Source: a virus
Taxonomy: Duplodnaviria; Heunggongvirae; Uroviricota; Caudoviricetes
IMG/VR virus record: IMGVR_UViG_3300027301_000002
Length of the DNA stretch: 64,000 bases
Reading direction: 5' to 3' (one strand)
Shown one piece after another: positions 42,269 to 52,426 of this stretch. Position 1 is the stretch's first letter; each line of letters opens with the position of its first letter. Position numbers and translations under genes: made by a program. Below the pieces are notes generated by a model. The model did no database searches. It was not told where the DNA came from and was given only the letters and a program-made list of their open reading frames with translations.

Positions 42269-42724
42269 TTACTTACACGTATTATCCAAATCTTTATCTG
42301 TGATGATAATAAATTTCATGCCGTACTTGTTTGCAAAGCCTTTTGCTGCTTCCCATTTGGCATTGTTTACCACCCATGTTGCATGCTCATGAATGATAGT
42401 TGATTCTTTTTTCTTTTTAGTAATAGTAGGCTGAATGGTTTGCTTATAAGGCTTGATTTCAATGAGGTATTTGCAGATCTTATCGCGTTCGCGGACTTTA
42501 ACGTACATATCGACGATATAACGATGAACTGCATTATCAATAGGAGAAACGTACGGGACTATCACATTCTCAGAGCCCCATTCAATGACATTGGCGTTCT
42601 TATCACACCAGATCATAAATTTTCTTTCCAGAAAACTACGGTAGATAATATTACCAGAGTTTGTGCACTTCGCCCTGTTAAGTGGTTTATATACTCCTTG
42701 TTTGAATTGTGCGTATTTTTTCAT
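42269..42724 (-). CDS. hypothetical protein, possible PD-(D/E)xK nuclease fold
   Basis: ...RYIVDMYVKV...YLIEIKP gives a D-x(n)-E-x-K arrangement; weak. Confidence 0.35.
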   Translation of the reverse strand: MKKYAQFKQGVYKPLNRAKCTNSGNIIYRSFLERKFMIWCDKNANVIEWGSENVIVPYVSPIDNAVHRYIVDMYVKVRERDKICKYLIEIKPYKQTIQPTITKKKKESTIIHEHATWVVNNAKWEAAKGFANKYGMKFIIITDKDLDNTCK

Positions 42725-43200
42725 CAGTTCTCCAAACGAGACTGGAAGTCATCCTCTATCTGCTGCTTAGTTACATATGTATGGAATTTTGAATTCTGGT
42801 AAAACTTAGCATCCGTTTCTGTTCTAATAAGGAGCTTTCGGTAAAATTGCAACATTTCTTCCATTGGCTCATCCACCCAAGGCAATTGGTCTTTTTCGTA
42901 TTGGATCAGTAAGGTGTTGATAATATTCATCAATACGTATACTGGTTCGAATTTTCGGAAAAAGACATCATACATTTGCTTTTGCAAATCGACTTCCGAT
43001 ATCTTAAACGGCTGTTGGCTTTTGTCTACAAATTGGCCATCATCATAATCTCCTATCCATTCGTATGCGTCTAGATTAAAGCCTCCCTCTATTTCAATCT
43101 TTCGATATAATGAGCCGGGTGGCAAATTTTCACTACCAATAGAAAAGCATACAAATTTTTTATTTGTTTTATTGAAAAGGGCGTATAAGTTATTATCCAT
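42724..43200 (-). CDS. hypothetical protein
   Basis: 158 aa. Confidence 0.5.
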   Translation of the reverse strand: MDNNLYALFNKTNKKFVCFSIGSENLPPGSLYRKIEIEGGFNLDAYEWIGDYDDGQFVDKSQQPFKISEVDLQKQMYDVFFRKFEPVYVLMNIINTLLIQYEKDQLPWVDEPMEEMLQFYRKLLIRTETDAKFYQNSKFHTYVTKQQIEDDFQSRLEN

Positions 43201-43205
43201 AATCT

Positions 43206-43685
43206 TTATTCGGCTATAACTAATGAATATCTTTCATAATTGCAAGTGGGTACAAAGTGCACGGCGTCGTATTCAAATTCGATTTTTGCACCCGCTTCGT
43301 CGTCTATGCGGTGCAAACGATCGTCCTCAAAGACGTAGAATCCGTTACTTTGACTTGTGGTAAGGCATACGAGATGCAATTTTTTAATTGCATACTTGTC
43401 TTGGTGTGGTGCAATATAATCGCCCGGCATGTAACGTTGAATTTGAATAAACTGATAGAAGTCCTTCAGGTCTTCATCCCATCCGCCCCCTGAAAAGATT
43501 AAATTAACTAATTCTTTTGGCATGTCTTCACTTAGAAGACTAGAGAATCGTGAGCTATGGCCATAGGTATCTCCGTGAGAAAGATGACCTTCTCTTGGTC
43601 TAAAAAGTTCTGCTATATGCGGTTGTTGGACATATGCCACGATGGCGTCTGCGTTACGTTGAAATTTTGGAATAGTAAGAGGCAT
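43206..43685 (-). CDS. 2OG-Fe(II) oxygenase superfamily protein (prolyl-hydroxylase/AlkB-like core)
   Basis: HxD...H triad: YIAPHQDKY ... EFEYDAVHFVP. Small (159 aa) double-stranded beta-helix core. Confidence 0.55.
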   Translation of the reverse strand: MPLTIPKFQRNADAIVAYVQQPHIAELFRPREGHLSHGDTYGHSSRFSSLLSEDMPKELVNLIFSGGGWDEDLKDFYQFIQIQRYMPGDYIAPHQDKYAIKKLHLVCLTTSQSNGFYVFEDDRLHRIDDEAGAKIEFEYDAVHFVPTCNYERYSLVIAE

Positions 43686-44338
43686 TAGAGTTCTAGTATA
43701 TGTTGTAATGTATTATCACCAAGCATGATGTCTTTGGTCGAGTTATAATAGTGTTCAGGTACATTATATCTATTCAGATAAAGAGGATTATCAATTTTAT
43801 TGTTTGCCACAGATCCACTAATAACAGATTCCGATACATCCGTAAATTCCTTAATGTATTTGGATGGATCTTTAACGTATCTCGCTACATCAAATTGAAG
43901 AGCAAACGACAAATCAAAAACACCAGTTCTGCTTGCTTGTTCGAATTGAGATTTCCAACTTCTTACATGCGAATCATTCGTCAAAATAAACCGATTAATA
44001 TCCTGAAGAGACAAAGATGCACTTTGCATTGATTCAATGGTCTTGTATAGAATATAATCATAAATGCTATATTTCAAATAAATCAATGTATATCGAAAAT
44101 CTCCAGGAGGCAACTTTGAAAACACAGGCAACATATTGAGAGGATATGCTGGTAGATATACTGCTGTATGCGGAGATGCTTTGATTCTCTCTTTGATATT
44201 GATAACAGTACCAACATCTAATGATTCTGCCGGAGTACCAATAATATTAGTAGAACTAGCCACATTGCTTAGTGATCCAAATATGTTTAATATTCGGTCG
44301 GACATGTAAGTTGGTAATCCGAAAAATATATATTTCAT
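43685..44338 (-). CDS. hypothetical protein
   Basis: Start set at the internal Met (MKYIFFGLPTYMS) to abut the upstream gene. Confidence 0.45.
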   Translation of the reverse strand: MKYIFFGLPTYMSDRILNIFGSLSNVASSTNIIGTPAESLDVGTVINIKERIKASPHTAVYLPAYPLNMLPVFSKLPPGDFRYTLIYLKYSIYDYILYKTIESMQSASLSLQDINRFILTNDSHVRSWKSQFEQASRTGVFDLSFALQFDVARYVKDPSKYIKEFTDVSESVISGSVANNKIDNPLYLNRYNVPEHYYNSTKDIMLGDNTLQHILEL

Positions 44339-45063
44339 AATTCTGTTGCCTCCTGAATATATTTTAGGGTGTCTGTGTAATATGACTGCGAATATAATCG
44401 CGAAACCACCGCACGACACCTATAAGCGAATCGAATCAGGTTATTATAATTTTTCTCAACAACGCCAAACAATCCTGCGTAACATTCTTCACAAGGCACA
44501 AAATTTTCAGGACCATCCATATTCTTGGTCTTGAAAAACAAGCTATTGTCGTCAGTCAAAAATTGCATACTGCCTCCAGAAGGGGATGATAAAATCGGCA
44601 CAGAAAACATAGCGGCTTCTGCTAGATACCTACCAGAATAATTAGTACGATGATTAGAACAAATTAAATGACTATTTTGTAACAGTCCATAATATTCCTC
44701 TGTCGGAAGCTTGCCAATATATCTAATATTAGCAATTGGCATAGTTTTTACAATATTAGGATGCGGATCGTAATTGAATTTAAATGTGACTGTATATTTT
44801 TGAGATAAGCCTGATTTTAAAATATATTTAATCAGCGCCAAAGTGTCGCTAGTGTCGTAATATTCTTCCTTTTGGAATAAAAACGTAATATTAAAGGTGT
44901 GCTTAGAGTCGATATAAGACGAATTATAATTTTTTTGAAATACTGTGGGGTCAAAAGGTTTTATGAGCGTGAAAGAATTGGGATAGTCGGATTCCCAATA
45001 GCTAGATGGTATGACATGAATATTTTTTTCTTTTAAATATTCTTCATATTGTACGATATCCAT
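44335..45063 (-). CDS. glycosyltransferase, GT-B (GT1/GT4-like) C-terminal motif
   Basis: GRYLAEAAMFSVPILSSPSGGSMQFLTDDNSLFF resembles the GT4 E-x7-E donor-binding motif region. Confidence 0.45.
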   Translation of the reverse strand: MDIVQYEEYLKEKNIHVIPSSYWESDYPNSFTLIKPFDPTVFQKNYNSSYIDSKHTFNITFLFQKEEYYDTSDTLALIKYILKSGLSQKYTVTFKFNYDPHPNIVKTMPIANIRYIGKLPTEEYYGLLQNSHLICSNHRTNYSGRYLAEAAMFSVPILSSPSGGSMQFLTDDNSLFFKTKNMDGPENFVPCEECYAGLFGVVEKNYNNLIRFAYRCRAVVSRLYSQSYYTDTLKYIQEATEL

Positions 45064-45121
45064 GATGCTATTTAGAACAGCAGGTATACATATTCAAATC
45101 AAAATTCTTTTCCAATTTTAG

Positions 45122-46375
45122 TTACAATTTACCTATTATTCTTCTACACCATCCTTTTGATTTTGAATGAGGATGAACAGCCCAATATGCGGGTTTTGTG
45201 TCTGTTGAAAATTCGCGCCATATTTTACAATACCCGTCGGGATCTCTTCGCATTAATGCGATTTCATCTATATTGGCATCGCTGCGATAAAGGACGTCGT
45301 TATTTGTGCTGTGGAATGTAATCGACCAAAAATCATAATCGTCTTCGGCGAACTGACTGCAACTAATATCAATACAATGCTTAAAAATCGATTTAAAGCT
45401 ATCGAGCCATAATTTCTCACTGATATACTCAGTTGGGTCTGGTGGATTATGTTTTTCTAAAGTATGCTTCTGTACAGATCTTTTTTCAAAAAGAATACCT
45501 GCATATTTTTCATAATCTCTCAGAGTTCTTGATTTGCCAAATCCGTATACACCATCATGACCTTCTTGCGTGATGCCGTCTATACCAAACAGTTTGCGAT
45601 TGGTGGCATGTGATTTAATATTCTTTTCGGCCCATTTTTTATCATCGTCCCAATGCTTTGTTCTTTCTTTTCTCGTATATTCGTGCCATATCAATACCCG
45701 ATGTGGGTGAAACAAATCATACCCGTGAGTATACGCCCTTGCTGCTATTGAAATTTCTTCTCCGTGAAAATAGTAATCGGGGTTATGTTGTACTACCTTT
45801 GCAAATTCGCCAGACGTGAAGCAAAAATGAGCGGAGTAAAATCTTGCGGGGACTGGTTCTTTTAGTTTTTCCCAATCAGGCATCACCTCCGGCACGAAGA
45901 ATACAACACCTTCTGGGGAAAATCTGTCAAATGACATTCGCCAAGGCACACGCACTCTTCCCTCAGGGTCATTGGCGGGATTAAATGATGACGCATATGC
46001 GGTTAATAGAGGTTTTTTATATCCTCTTTTCTTTAAATCTTCTATCATTTCTATCATTTCGAAATCCCAATTCTTTTCAAACCGCATATGAGAATCAATT
46101 TGCAAAGTATATTCTTCCGAATCATAAAGTTGCTGTACTGAATTGCGCGCCCAGCACACACCCTTTGATTGTTCATATGGAATATCTATAATTTTAAAGC
46201 GAGTATCGTTTTTATACTCACTCAAATCATCGAATTTGTCCGCAGGATGATATTGCCGTGCGATTGCAAATACTAAATTTTCAGGAAATTTTGAATTGTC
46301 GATACACGATTTAAGGGTATGGCGCAATTGAGGGTCTCTATACGACGCTATCTGAATAAAAATGCGACTAGACAT
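45122..46375 (-). CDS. glycosyltransferase, GT-A fold (GT2/GlcNAc-transferase-like)
   Basis: N-terminal VFAIARQY..RFKIIDIPYEQSKGVCWARNSVQQLYDSEEYTLQIDSHMRF fits the nucleotide-sugar binding and DxD/DxH region of GT-A enzymes. Confidence 0.5.
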   Translation of the reverse strand: MSSRIFIQIASYRDPQLRHTLKSCIDNSKFPENLVFAIARQYHPADKFDDLSEYKNDTRFKIIDIPYEQSKGVCWARNSVQQLYDSEEYTLQIDSHMRFEKNWDFEMIEMIEDLKKRGYKKPLLTAYASSFNPANDPEGRVRVPWRMSFDRFSPEGVVFFVPEVMPDWEKLKEPVPARFYSAHFCFTSGEFAKVVQHNPDYYFHGEEISIAARAYTHGYDLFHPHRVLIWHEYTRKERTKHWDDDKKWAEKNIKSHATNRKLFGIDGITQEGHDGVYGFGKSRTLRDYEKYAGILFEKRSVQKHTLEKHNPPDPTEYISEKLWLDSFKSIFKHCIDISCSQFAEDDYDFWSITFHSTNNDVLYRSDANIDEIALMRRDPDGYCKIWREFSTDTKPAYWAVHPHSKSKGWCRRIIGKL

Positions 46376-46433
46376 GATAGTATATTAAATTATATTCAAT
46401 ATATTCTATTTCACTCTAAATTATTCTGCTGAG

Positions 46434-49049
46434 TTACACGGGCGTCGGGGTAGGTGTCGGCGACGGTGATGTAGTTACTTCTACTGATGTGTATCCGCCA
46501 GGACCAACCTCATTTACTGCGCGGACGTAAATCGTGTATACACCATAGCTTCCTACATCAATAAGTAGAGGAGGTTCAGTCTCCACTGCATCTGTCCAAA
46601 TTGTATAAGGATCAAGTGGATCACTTAGTGTGTATTGGTATATTGTGATCGGCGATCCGCCATCATATGGTACTGTGAAGTAAAGTGCAGCTAAAGTATT
46701 GCTAGTATCGTATGTTATTGACGGTATCGTCGTTGGGATTGTAGGCACAATTGGTACAATTGGTACAACTGGCGTGGCTGTTGGTGTGGCGGTTGGCGTA
46801 ATCAAGACATCATTGCAATACGAGTTATATGTTGCGCTATCGATGATAGTAGTATTTCCTGTTGTCAGGGTTATGATGGTAGCGATATCTGAGCGCAATC
46901 CATATGTAACGGCGTAATATTCACCGTTATAAATAAGATACTGACCGCTGTATACAAATCCATCTGCTGCATCTACCCCGTATTTGATAGTAGAGCCGCA
47001 CATTTGCATAACTAAAATTTCACCACAATCACCAAATCCAACACTAGCATTGGTTATAGTTGCTGGATATAATGTAACCGGACCGATATAAGCAATTGAA
47101 TCTGTTTCTTCTCCGTATAATTGGTTTCTTGAACCTCTCAATGTTTTGCGATACCTTTTAAACTCGACTTCAATTTCAAAATAGAGATTATTTTCTTTTA
47201 GGTATGTATCGGTCTCTGATGCAGTTTTACCCATTACAATGGATGCTAATTCGTCTAATTGATCGTTTGCAAAATTAAACCACGAATCCCCTACATACCA
47301 TTCATCTAATATTTTCGAATAATTTTCAACATAGTTAAAATTCCAGCTTCTTGATTTTTGGGCATCAGCGGCAAATGTTTGTGAGCTTAATACATTAGCA
47401 ACGGCAATATTCCAAAATGAATATCTGCGCTTACATGTTTCTACTGGCTTATTAGTATAGTTGATATTAGGACGAACATAATACTCGGCACCTCTAACGC
47501 TGTAATCAGGCAGTGCAGATACAGAGAATAGAACAGTGGCTTGTTTTATTTTTTCGCCTGCTTGATATTCTGGTAATTCATATCCATATTGATATACATC
47601 TATTATGGTGACATTTTCAATCAACTGGGATGTTTGAGGAACTATCGACACATAATAGTAATTTCGATTATCGAGATTGATATATACGACAGATCCTAGA
47701 TATGGTTTGAGTAATGGATTCTTAGAATACAATACAGTCTTTGATGTATTAAAACACGACGGTGTTAATTTGTAAAGCAGTGTATCTTTAGGTTTTGGGA
47801 TTTCTTGTGAATTACAATCTTCATAAAGATCTACAACAGTATACTCTTCTGTTATCTGCTGATTATCGTAAACTACCTTTTCAATATACCATCTTACTCC
47901 TGGATACTCTGCAAGAGTAACAGCCTTGCCTGGGATTAAAATGCGTTTATTATCAATGACAAATAATTCTTTTCGAAGAGTTCCGTTAACAACATCTGGG
48001 CATGGCTGATATTTCCAACAGCAATTTGTCAATTTGATTATAACGGGTGCTGCTCTATTGATTCTATATTCACACCCACATTCGCAATCTTCAGATGATG
48101 CTACTACAGTCCAGTCACCAGCAAGACCATCTATTTGCACTGTAGTATCAGATCCAGCATAAAATTGGAATTCATCATTTGTTGCTACGATTTTTTCCTG
48201 AGTAAACGTATTGGTTAGGATATAACAAGTATCACTACAACCTTTCTTTGTTGTGAAAATAGGATTAAGATTTGTAGTGATTGCTTTATCTGCAACCGAT
48301 ACTTTACTTACTAAGAATCTTTGATCTGGGTATTTGTCCAGAACAACCCCAAGACCTACTAAATGGCTATAATCATTAGATGAATAAAAAGCAAGACCAG
48401 GAACTGAACAAGATGCAAATTTATAATAATAGCTAAAACCTTCTGGTTCTGGTTCACAAACCTCAATGACGGACTCTGGGCAATAAAAAGGATTCATTGT
48501 AGGCCAGTATTCCCATTTGAGTATGGGGTATCCTGTCTTGATAAATCGACCCATTAAGAATCTTTCGTTATTGTTAACCGCATTAAATTTGGATACAAAA
48601 TACGGTGCCAGGATAGGATTCGGTCTATTTGTTTCATCTGCATATTGTCTTAATGCAAATACATATAAATCATTCAAACGGCAGTCTGCAGATTCTGCTG
48701 GAAACGTAGTTTCGAGCCATTTTGAAATAGTTGTTGCGAAGGTGGACCGGTCTGTTATTTTGATTGGGCAAAATACTGTTACAGGCTTTACTGCGAAACA
48801 TGAAGTCGATCTGGTTATCGACACCATATCGTTTAACGATTTGTATTTTTCTTTACCTGTAGATGTATCAAGCAAATATGCAGTTGTTGCTACAATATCC
48901 TGCAGAATCGGAACAGCTTCAGATATTTTTTTTGTCTGTGTGTATATAACACCCGTTTGTTTATCTATCCACTTAAAATGATCATTGATAAGCACAATGG
49001 CCGAACCTGCGCTTTCAGTGTCTTTAATTTGTGGATACGAACATGACAT
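46434..49049 (-). CDS. large virion structural protein (fibre/baseplate-like) with Pro/Thr-rich linker and FN3 domain
   Basis: 871 aa. C-terminal PTATPTATPVVPIVPIVPTIPTTIPS linker and GGSPITIYQYTL...YTIYVRAVNEVGPGG FN3-like domain. Confidence 0.6.
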   Translation of the reverse strand: MSCSYPQIKDTESAGSAIVLINDHFKWIDKQTGVIYTQTKKISEAVPILQDIVATTAYLLDTSTGKEKYKSLNDMVSITRSTSCFAVKPVTVFCPIKITDRSTFATTISKWLETTFPAESADCRLNDLYVFALRQYADETNRPNPILAPYFVSKFNAVNNNERFLMGRFIKTGYPILKWEYWPTMNPFYCPESVIEVCEPEPEGFSYYYKFASCSVPGLAFYSSNDYSHLVGLGVVLDKYPDQRFLVSKVSVADKAITTNLNPIFTTKKGCSDTCYILTNTFTQEKIVATNDEFQFYAGSDTTVQIDGLAGDWTVVASSEDCECGCEYRINRAAPVIIKLTNCCWKYQPCPDVVNGTLRKELFVIDNKRILIPGKAVTLAEYPGVRWYIEKVVYDNQQITEEYTVVDLYEDCNSQEIPKPKDTLLYKLTPSCFNTSKTVLYSKNPLLKPYLGSVVYINLDNRNYYYVSIVPQTSQLIENVTIIDVYQYGYELPEYQAGEKIKQATVLFSVSALPDYSVRGAEYYVRPNINYTNKPVETCKRRYSFWNIAVANVLSSQTFAADAQKSRSWNFNYVENYSKILDEWYVGDSWFNFANDQLDELASIVMGKTASETDTYLKENNLYFEIEVEFKRYRKTLRGSRNQLYGEETDSIAYIGPVTLYPATITNASVGFGDCGEILVMQMCGSTIKYGVDAADGFVYSGQYLIYNGEYYAVTYGLRSDIATIITLTTGNTTIIDSATYNSYCNDVLITPTATPTATPVVPIVPIVPTIPTTIPSITYDTSNTLAALYFTVPYDGGSPITIYQYTLSDPLDPYTIWTDAVETEPPLLIDVGSYGVYTIYVRAVNEVGPGGYTSVEVTTSPSPTPTPTPV

Positions 49050-49050
49050 G

Positions 49051-49851
49051 TTAGCTACTTAAAGGAGTGGTCGTAACATACTGCCAGCGAGATCCGCTAT
49101 TGTTTACAAATTTATAGTAATTTTGGTAAACGGCTGGAATGTAATTCACTATAGATGAATTCAGATTTTCAAGACCTGCAATTTGCGCTAATAATGATAC
49201 CGAGGTGCCTCCTGCTGCATCAAATCCTGTAGCTTTATTATCGCGTCTGCTTGCCACGTTATTGCGGTCATGGCCGATTACTGTTCTTGTATTAGTTACG
49301 CAACGACCTCGAATACTGCAGCTACGATAGCTCCAGGTAACAGCAGCTCGGCACTTAGCTGTCAGGTATCTTGTATCTGGTGCGATTGTTTCTAGATCTT
49401 TATAGAACCCCAATGTAAAGACAAATATTTCTTGGCCTTTGCAATAATTCGTTACTGTATTCGAATCAATAGTAGCCGTAACAGGGAAGTTAGAATTTAA
49501 CCACGATGAAATGCTGTTAATGAATGTAGTTTGATTAATGGCATTATTATCTGGTGTCAATGGGAAAATAAGAGATATTGGTCTTAACCAACAAGCACTA
49601 TATGAAGATACGGTGGTATACGCATCGTTCCAATTTGCAGAGTTTGATTTTACAACAGTTGCAACATCCGCCCATGTGCTGGAAGTCTCTTTGGCTATTG
49701 TGTATAAAGCATTCCAATATAAATCAGCCGATAGAGAAATATTGGTTAGCTTGTAATCAAGCAACGCAAAATTTTGATTAATTGTCGACAGGGTATTGCC
49801 TGCACAGATGCGCGGGTCAATTGATGTAATAGATTCGCTAAATGTCGGCAT
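49051..49851 (-). CDS. virion structural protein (hypothetical)
   Basis: 266 aa, Ser/Thr/Asn-rich, between the fibre-like genes. Confidence 0.5.
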   Translation of the reverse strand: MPTFSESITSIDPRICAGNTLSTINQNFALLDYKLTNISLSADLYWNALYTIAKETSSTWADVATVVKSNSANWNDAYTTVSSYSACWLRPISLIFPLTPDNNAINQTTFINSISSWLNSNFPVTATIDSNTVTNYCKGQEIFVFTLGFYKDLETIAPDTRYLTAKCRAAVTWSYRSCSIRGRCVTNTRTVIGHDRNNVASRRDNKATGFDAAGGTSVSLLAQIAGLENLNSSIVNYIPAVYQNYYKFVNNSGSRWQYVTTTPLSS

Positions 49852-50152
49852 AAAATTATAATGGGGATTGTCGGGCGCTCGTGGATAGAGTATTGCTAAG
49901 TCGGCTCACCATCTAGTCTCTGCACCTTTCTAATAATACTGGGACTTTTATTAGAGTTGGCTCAAGATTGACTCCGAAGAGTTGTCCCTTGAATTCACCC
50001 GATATGGGCCGTGATAACCCTGCGCAGCAGCAAGTATTGTTATCGCAAAGCCGTTTAAACTTTGCTTCTACATGTCGCCATGCAGTTCGGACTATTTCTT
50101 CAATCCCCATATAACCTATTTACCGGGTGTCTTTATTTTATTGCCACCTATA

Positions 50153-52426
50153 TTATAAAATTAATTGGTAATATGTTTTCTCCCAAGAACCTACTGGTTT
50201 GGCGTTAGTAATCCATGTGCCTGAACTCGTTGATTGCCTATATCCATTGAAAACTTGACCGGATCCAGACGGAGGATACACCCCAGGTGCAGTAGAAGCA
50301 GGAACATATGCAATTCCTCTCGAATATCGACAAATTCGGCTGTTGTACTCCGCATAATTGCTGCCGCCACCCCCATACCCAGGGATATCAATGCCATATT
50401 GTAAATCTCTCAAAAGATATTGAGTATAGCCTGCTAGGTTAGTTATATCGATAGTCGAAAACTGATTATTAGGATATGTACTGATAAATGCGGCATATTC
50501 AAATGAAGTACCGATTGTAACTAATGCACTATATCTAAATAGGTAAGAACCTAAATCAGAGAAAAATCCATTATTAACAGAAGATAAGTGATTAAGGTAT
50601 CCAAAAGATTGCTGGGTCATTTGTGTAGCTAAAGGCACTATCTTGGATGACAGTGGAATTAAAGCTTGTCTGTCTGTATCAGTCACACCAAAGTCCATCA
50701 ATCGTTCGCTCTCCAATGAAGCAAGTCTGGTCATTGAACCTCCATCGTTTGTTGTTCCTATATGAATACCAGTGCCCATGCCCTCGAAATGGACGCTGTC
50801 CACAGACACCCCGTCACCTTGATAAATTAATATTCCAAATAATGGCCAAGTTCTTATGTATGGGAAAGATGCAGTTAGCGCTGCTGATGTGGTAGAACAA
50901 TCTATTGTCCCAGTTTTAATATTACAAACTGATGTATTTTTATTAATAAAGATAGGTATCGCTCCACGACGGGTTGCTTCTTTAATCCAGAAATTCTGAA
51001 TTTGCAATCCATTGATAATACCACCATCTTGTTTCGTCGCGTCGCCAGCATTACGCCAAGTGTCATACATGCCGCCGCCAATTCCCATGCCGGAAAAATA
51101 CTGAATATCCACATCACGGATAATAGTATTCTCTTCGACATTATGTTTCCATGAAATTCCGCTAATTCTTTTAGTTGGATTATTAATTGTAGCCTCCGCA
51201 GCAACGATGGTCATGCCTTCTACACCACTCCAGTATCGCGCCCCGCCCCCACCAGACATCGGAGCTACCCCAGACCAGTAGCTCCCGTTTCCACCCCCAA
51301 TCCAAAATAGAGAAGAAGCACAGCTGGCTGTTTCCATTTCAGTATCTAATGTGATTGGTGTGGCGAATCCTGTAGTTGTACCTACAAATGTAGTCCCAGA
51401 AAGAACTATTGATGTTAATGCCACTGCTGCTGTTGTACCGCTAACTGTATGGGTGCCGTTATACAGTGGCGAATTTGTTATGCGTGCCTGGCCGCCGCTT
51501 AAAAATTCAAATGAGCCACCGGTTGGGGTAATTAATTTAGTGCCACCAGGGACAGAACATGCAGCAGTAAAGTTGGTAGTCCCGCTGTATTTCATGAAAT
51601 TACTCCAAAATCTGAATCGGGTCGTTGGTTGCCAAGTATCAGATGTCCATAATTTGGATGCGATTATTTTAGTAGCATTAGAACCAGCACCCTTAAATCG
51701 AATTGCTAATTCTGTAGCATCTAGCGGCCTTCCGACATAATAAATACCAGCAGCAAAGCTGATAGTTCTGCCGATACTAAAGGACGGATCTGATGTACGA
51801 ATAGCGCAATTTATTGCAATATCATGTCTACCGTCGTGCACTGTAGACCCCTGTAGACCCCACCACTCCGGAAATATTTCACTATTTCTCATTGTGCCTT
51901 TTATAGTACTAGCCGGCCAGTTGCTAAATATTTGCACCCGAGGGGCTACCACCTCGCCCTCGATAAACAAAATAGTTAAACCTGTTCTGATGAACTTATA
52001 TCCATTAAAAATGATAGAACATCGCGCTGGAATTGAAAGATTGCCCGGCGCGCTAAAGGAAATATCTTTGCCTAGAATTATAGTCTGAATTGATGAGTTG
52101 TTTTTAGCTGCTATGAGTTCGTCATACGTCGTAACAAATGCCTGCGACCCGCCGGCCCAAAAGCTAGAATTAGAACTAACTAACGAAAATAGAGGCAGAC
52201 TATTATTTAAATTCAACAATGTAACTCGACCAAATCCATCTGCCCCTGGCTGGCCATTATCACGATAAATCAACATCTGGGCCGATGAGGACAAAGACGC
52301 TAACGAAGATAGATCCGTAAAATTAACAATACATGCCATATAATTGTATTTACTTAATGGATTAGCTTGACAAAGAATAAAGTGACAAAATACTAGAATT
52401 ACCACCCAAGGAAAGAACAGACCCAT
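50153..52426 (-). CDS. large structural protein, probable beta-helix/fibre
   Basis: 757 aa, Gly/Ser/Thr/Asn-rich with repetitive beta-rich segments. The N-terminus overlaps the upstream giant ORF by 65 nt in another frame. Confidence 0.5.
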   Translation of the reverse strand: MGLFFPWVVILVFCHFILCQANPLSKYNYMACIVNFTDLSSLASLSSSAQMLIYRDNGQPGADGFGRVTLLNLNNSLPLFSLVSSNSSFWAGGSQAFVTTYDELIAAKNNSSIQTIILGKDISFSAPGNLSIPARCSIIFNGYKFIRTGLTILFIEGEVVAPRVQIFSNWPASTIKGTMRNSEIFPEWWGLQGSTVHDGRHDIAINCAIRTSDPSFSIGRTISFAAGIYYVGRPLDATELAIRFKGAGSNATKIIASKLWTSDTWQPTTRFRFWSNFMKYSGTTNFTAACSVPGGTKLITPTGGSFEFLSGGQARITNSPLYNGTHTVSGTTAAVALTSIVLSGTTFVGTTTGFATPITLDTEMETASCASSLFWIGGGNGSYWSGVAPMSGGGGARYWSGVEGMTIVAAEATINNPTKRISGISWKHNVEENTIIRDVDIQYFSGMGIGGGMYDTWRNAGDATKQDGGIINGLQIQNFWIKEATRRGAIPIFINKNTSVCNIKTGTIDCSTTSAALTASFPYIRTWPLFGILIYQGDGVSVDSVHFEGMGTGIHIGTTNDGGSMTRLASLESERLMDFGVTDTDRQALIPLSSKIVPLATQMTQQSFGYLNHLSSVNNGFFSDLGSYLFRYSALVTIGTSFEYAAFISTYPNNQFSTIDITNLAGYTQYLLRDLQYGIDIPGYGGGGSNYAEYNSRICRYSRGIAYVPASTAPGVYPPSGSGQVFNGYRQSTSSGTWITNAKPVGSWEKTYYQLIL

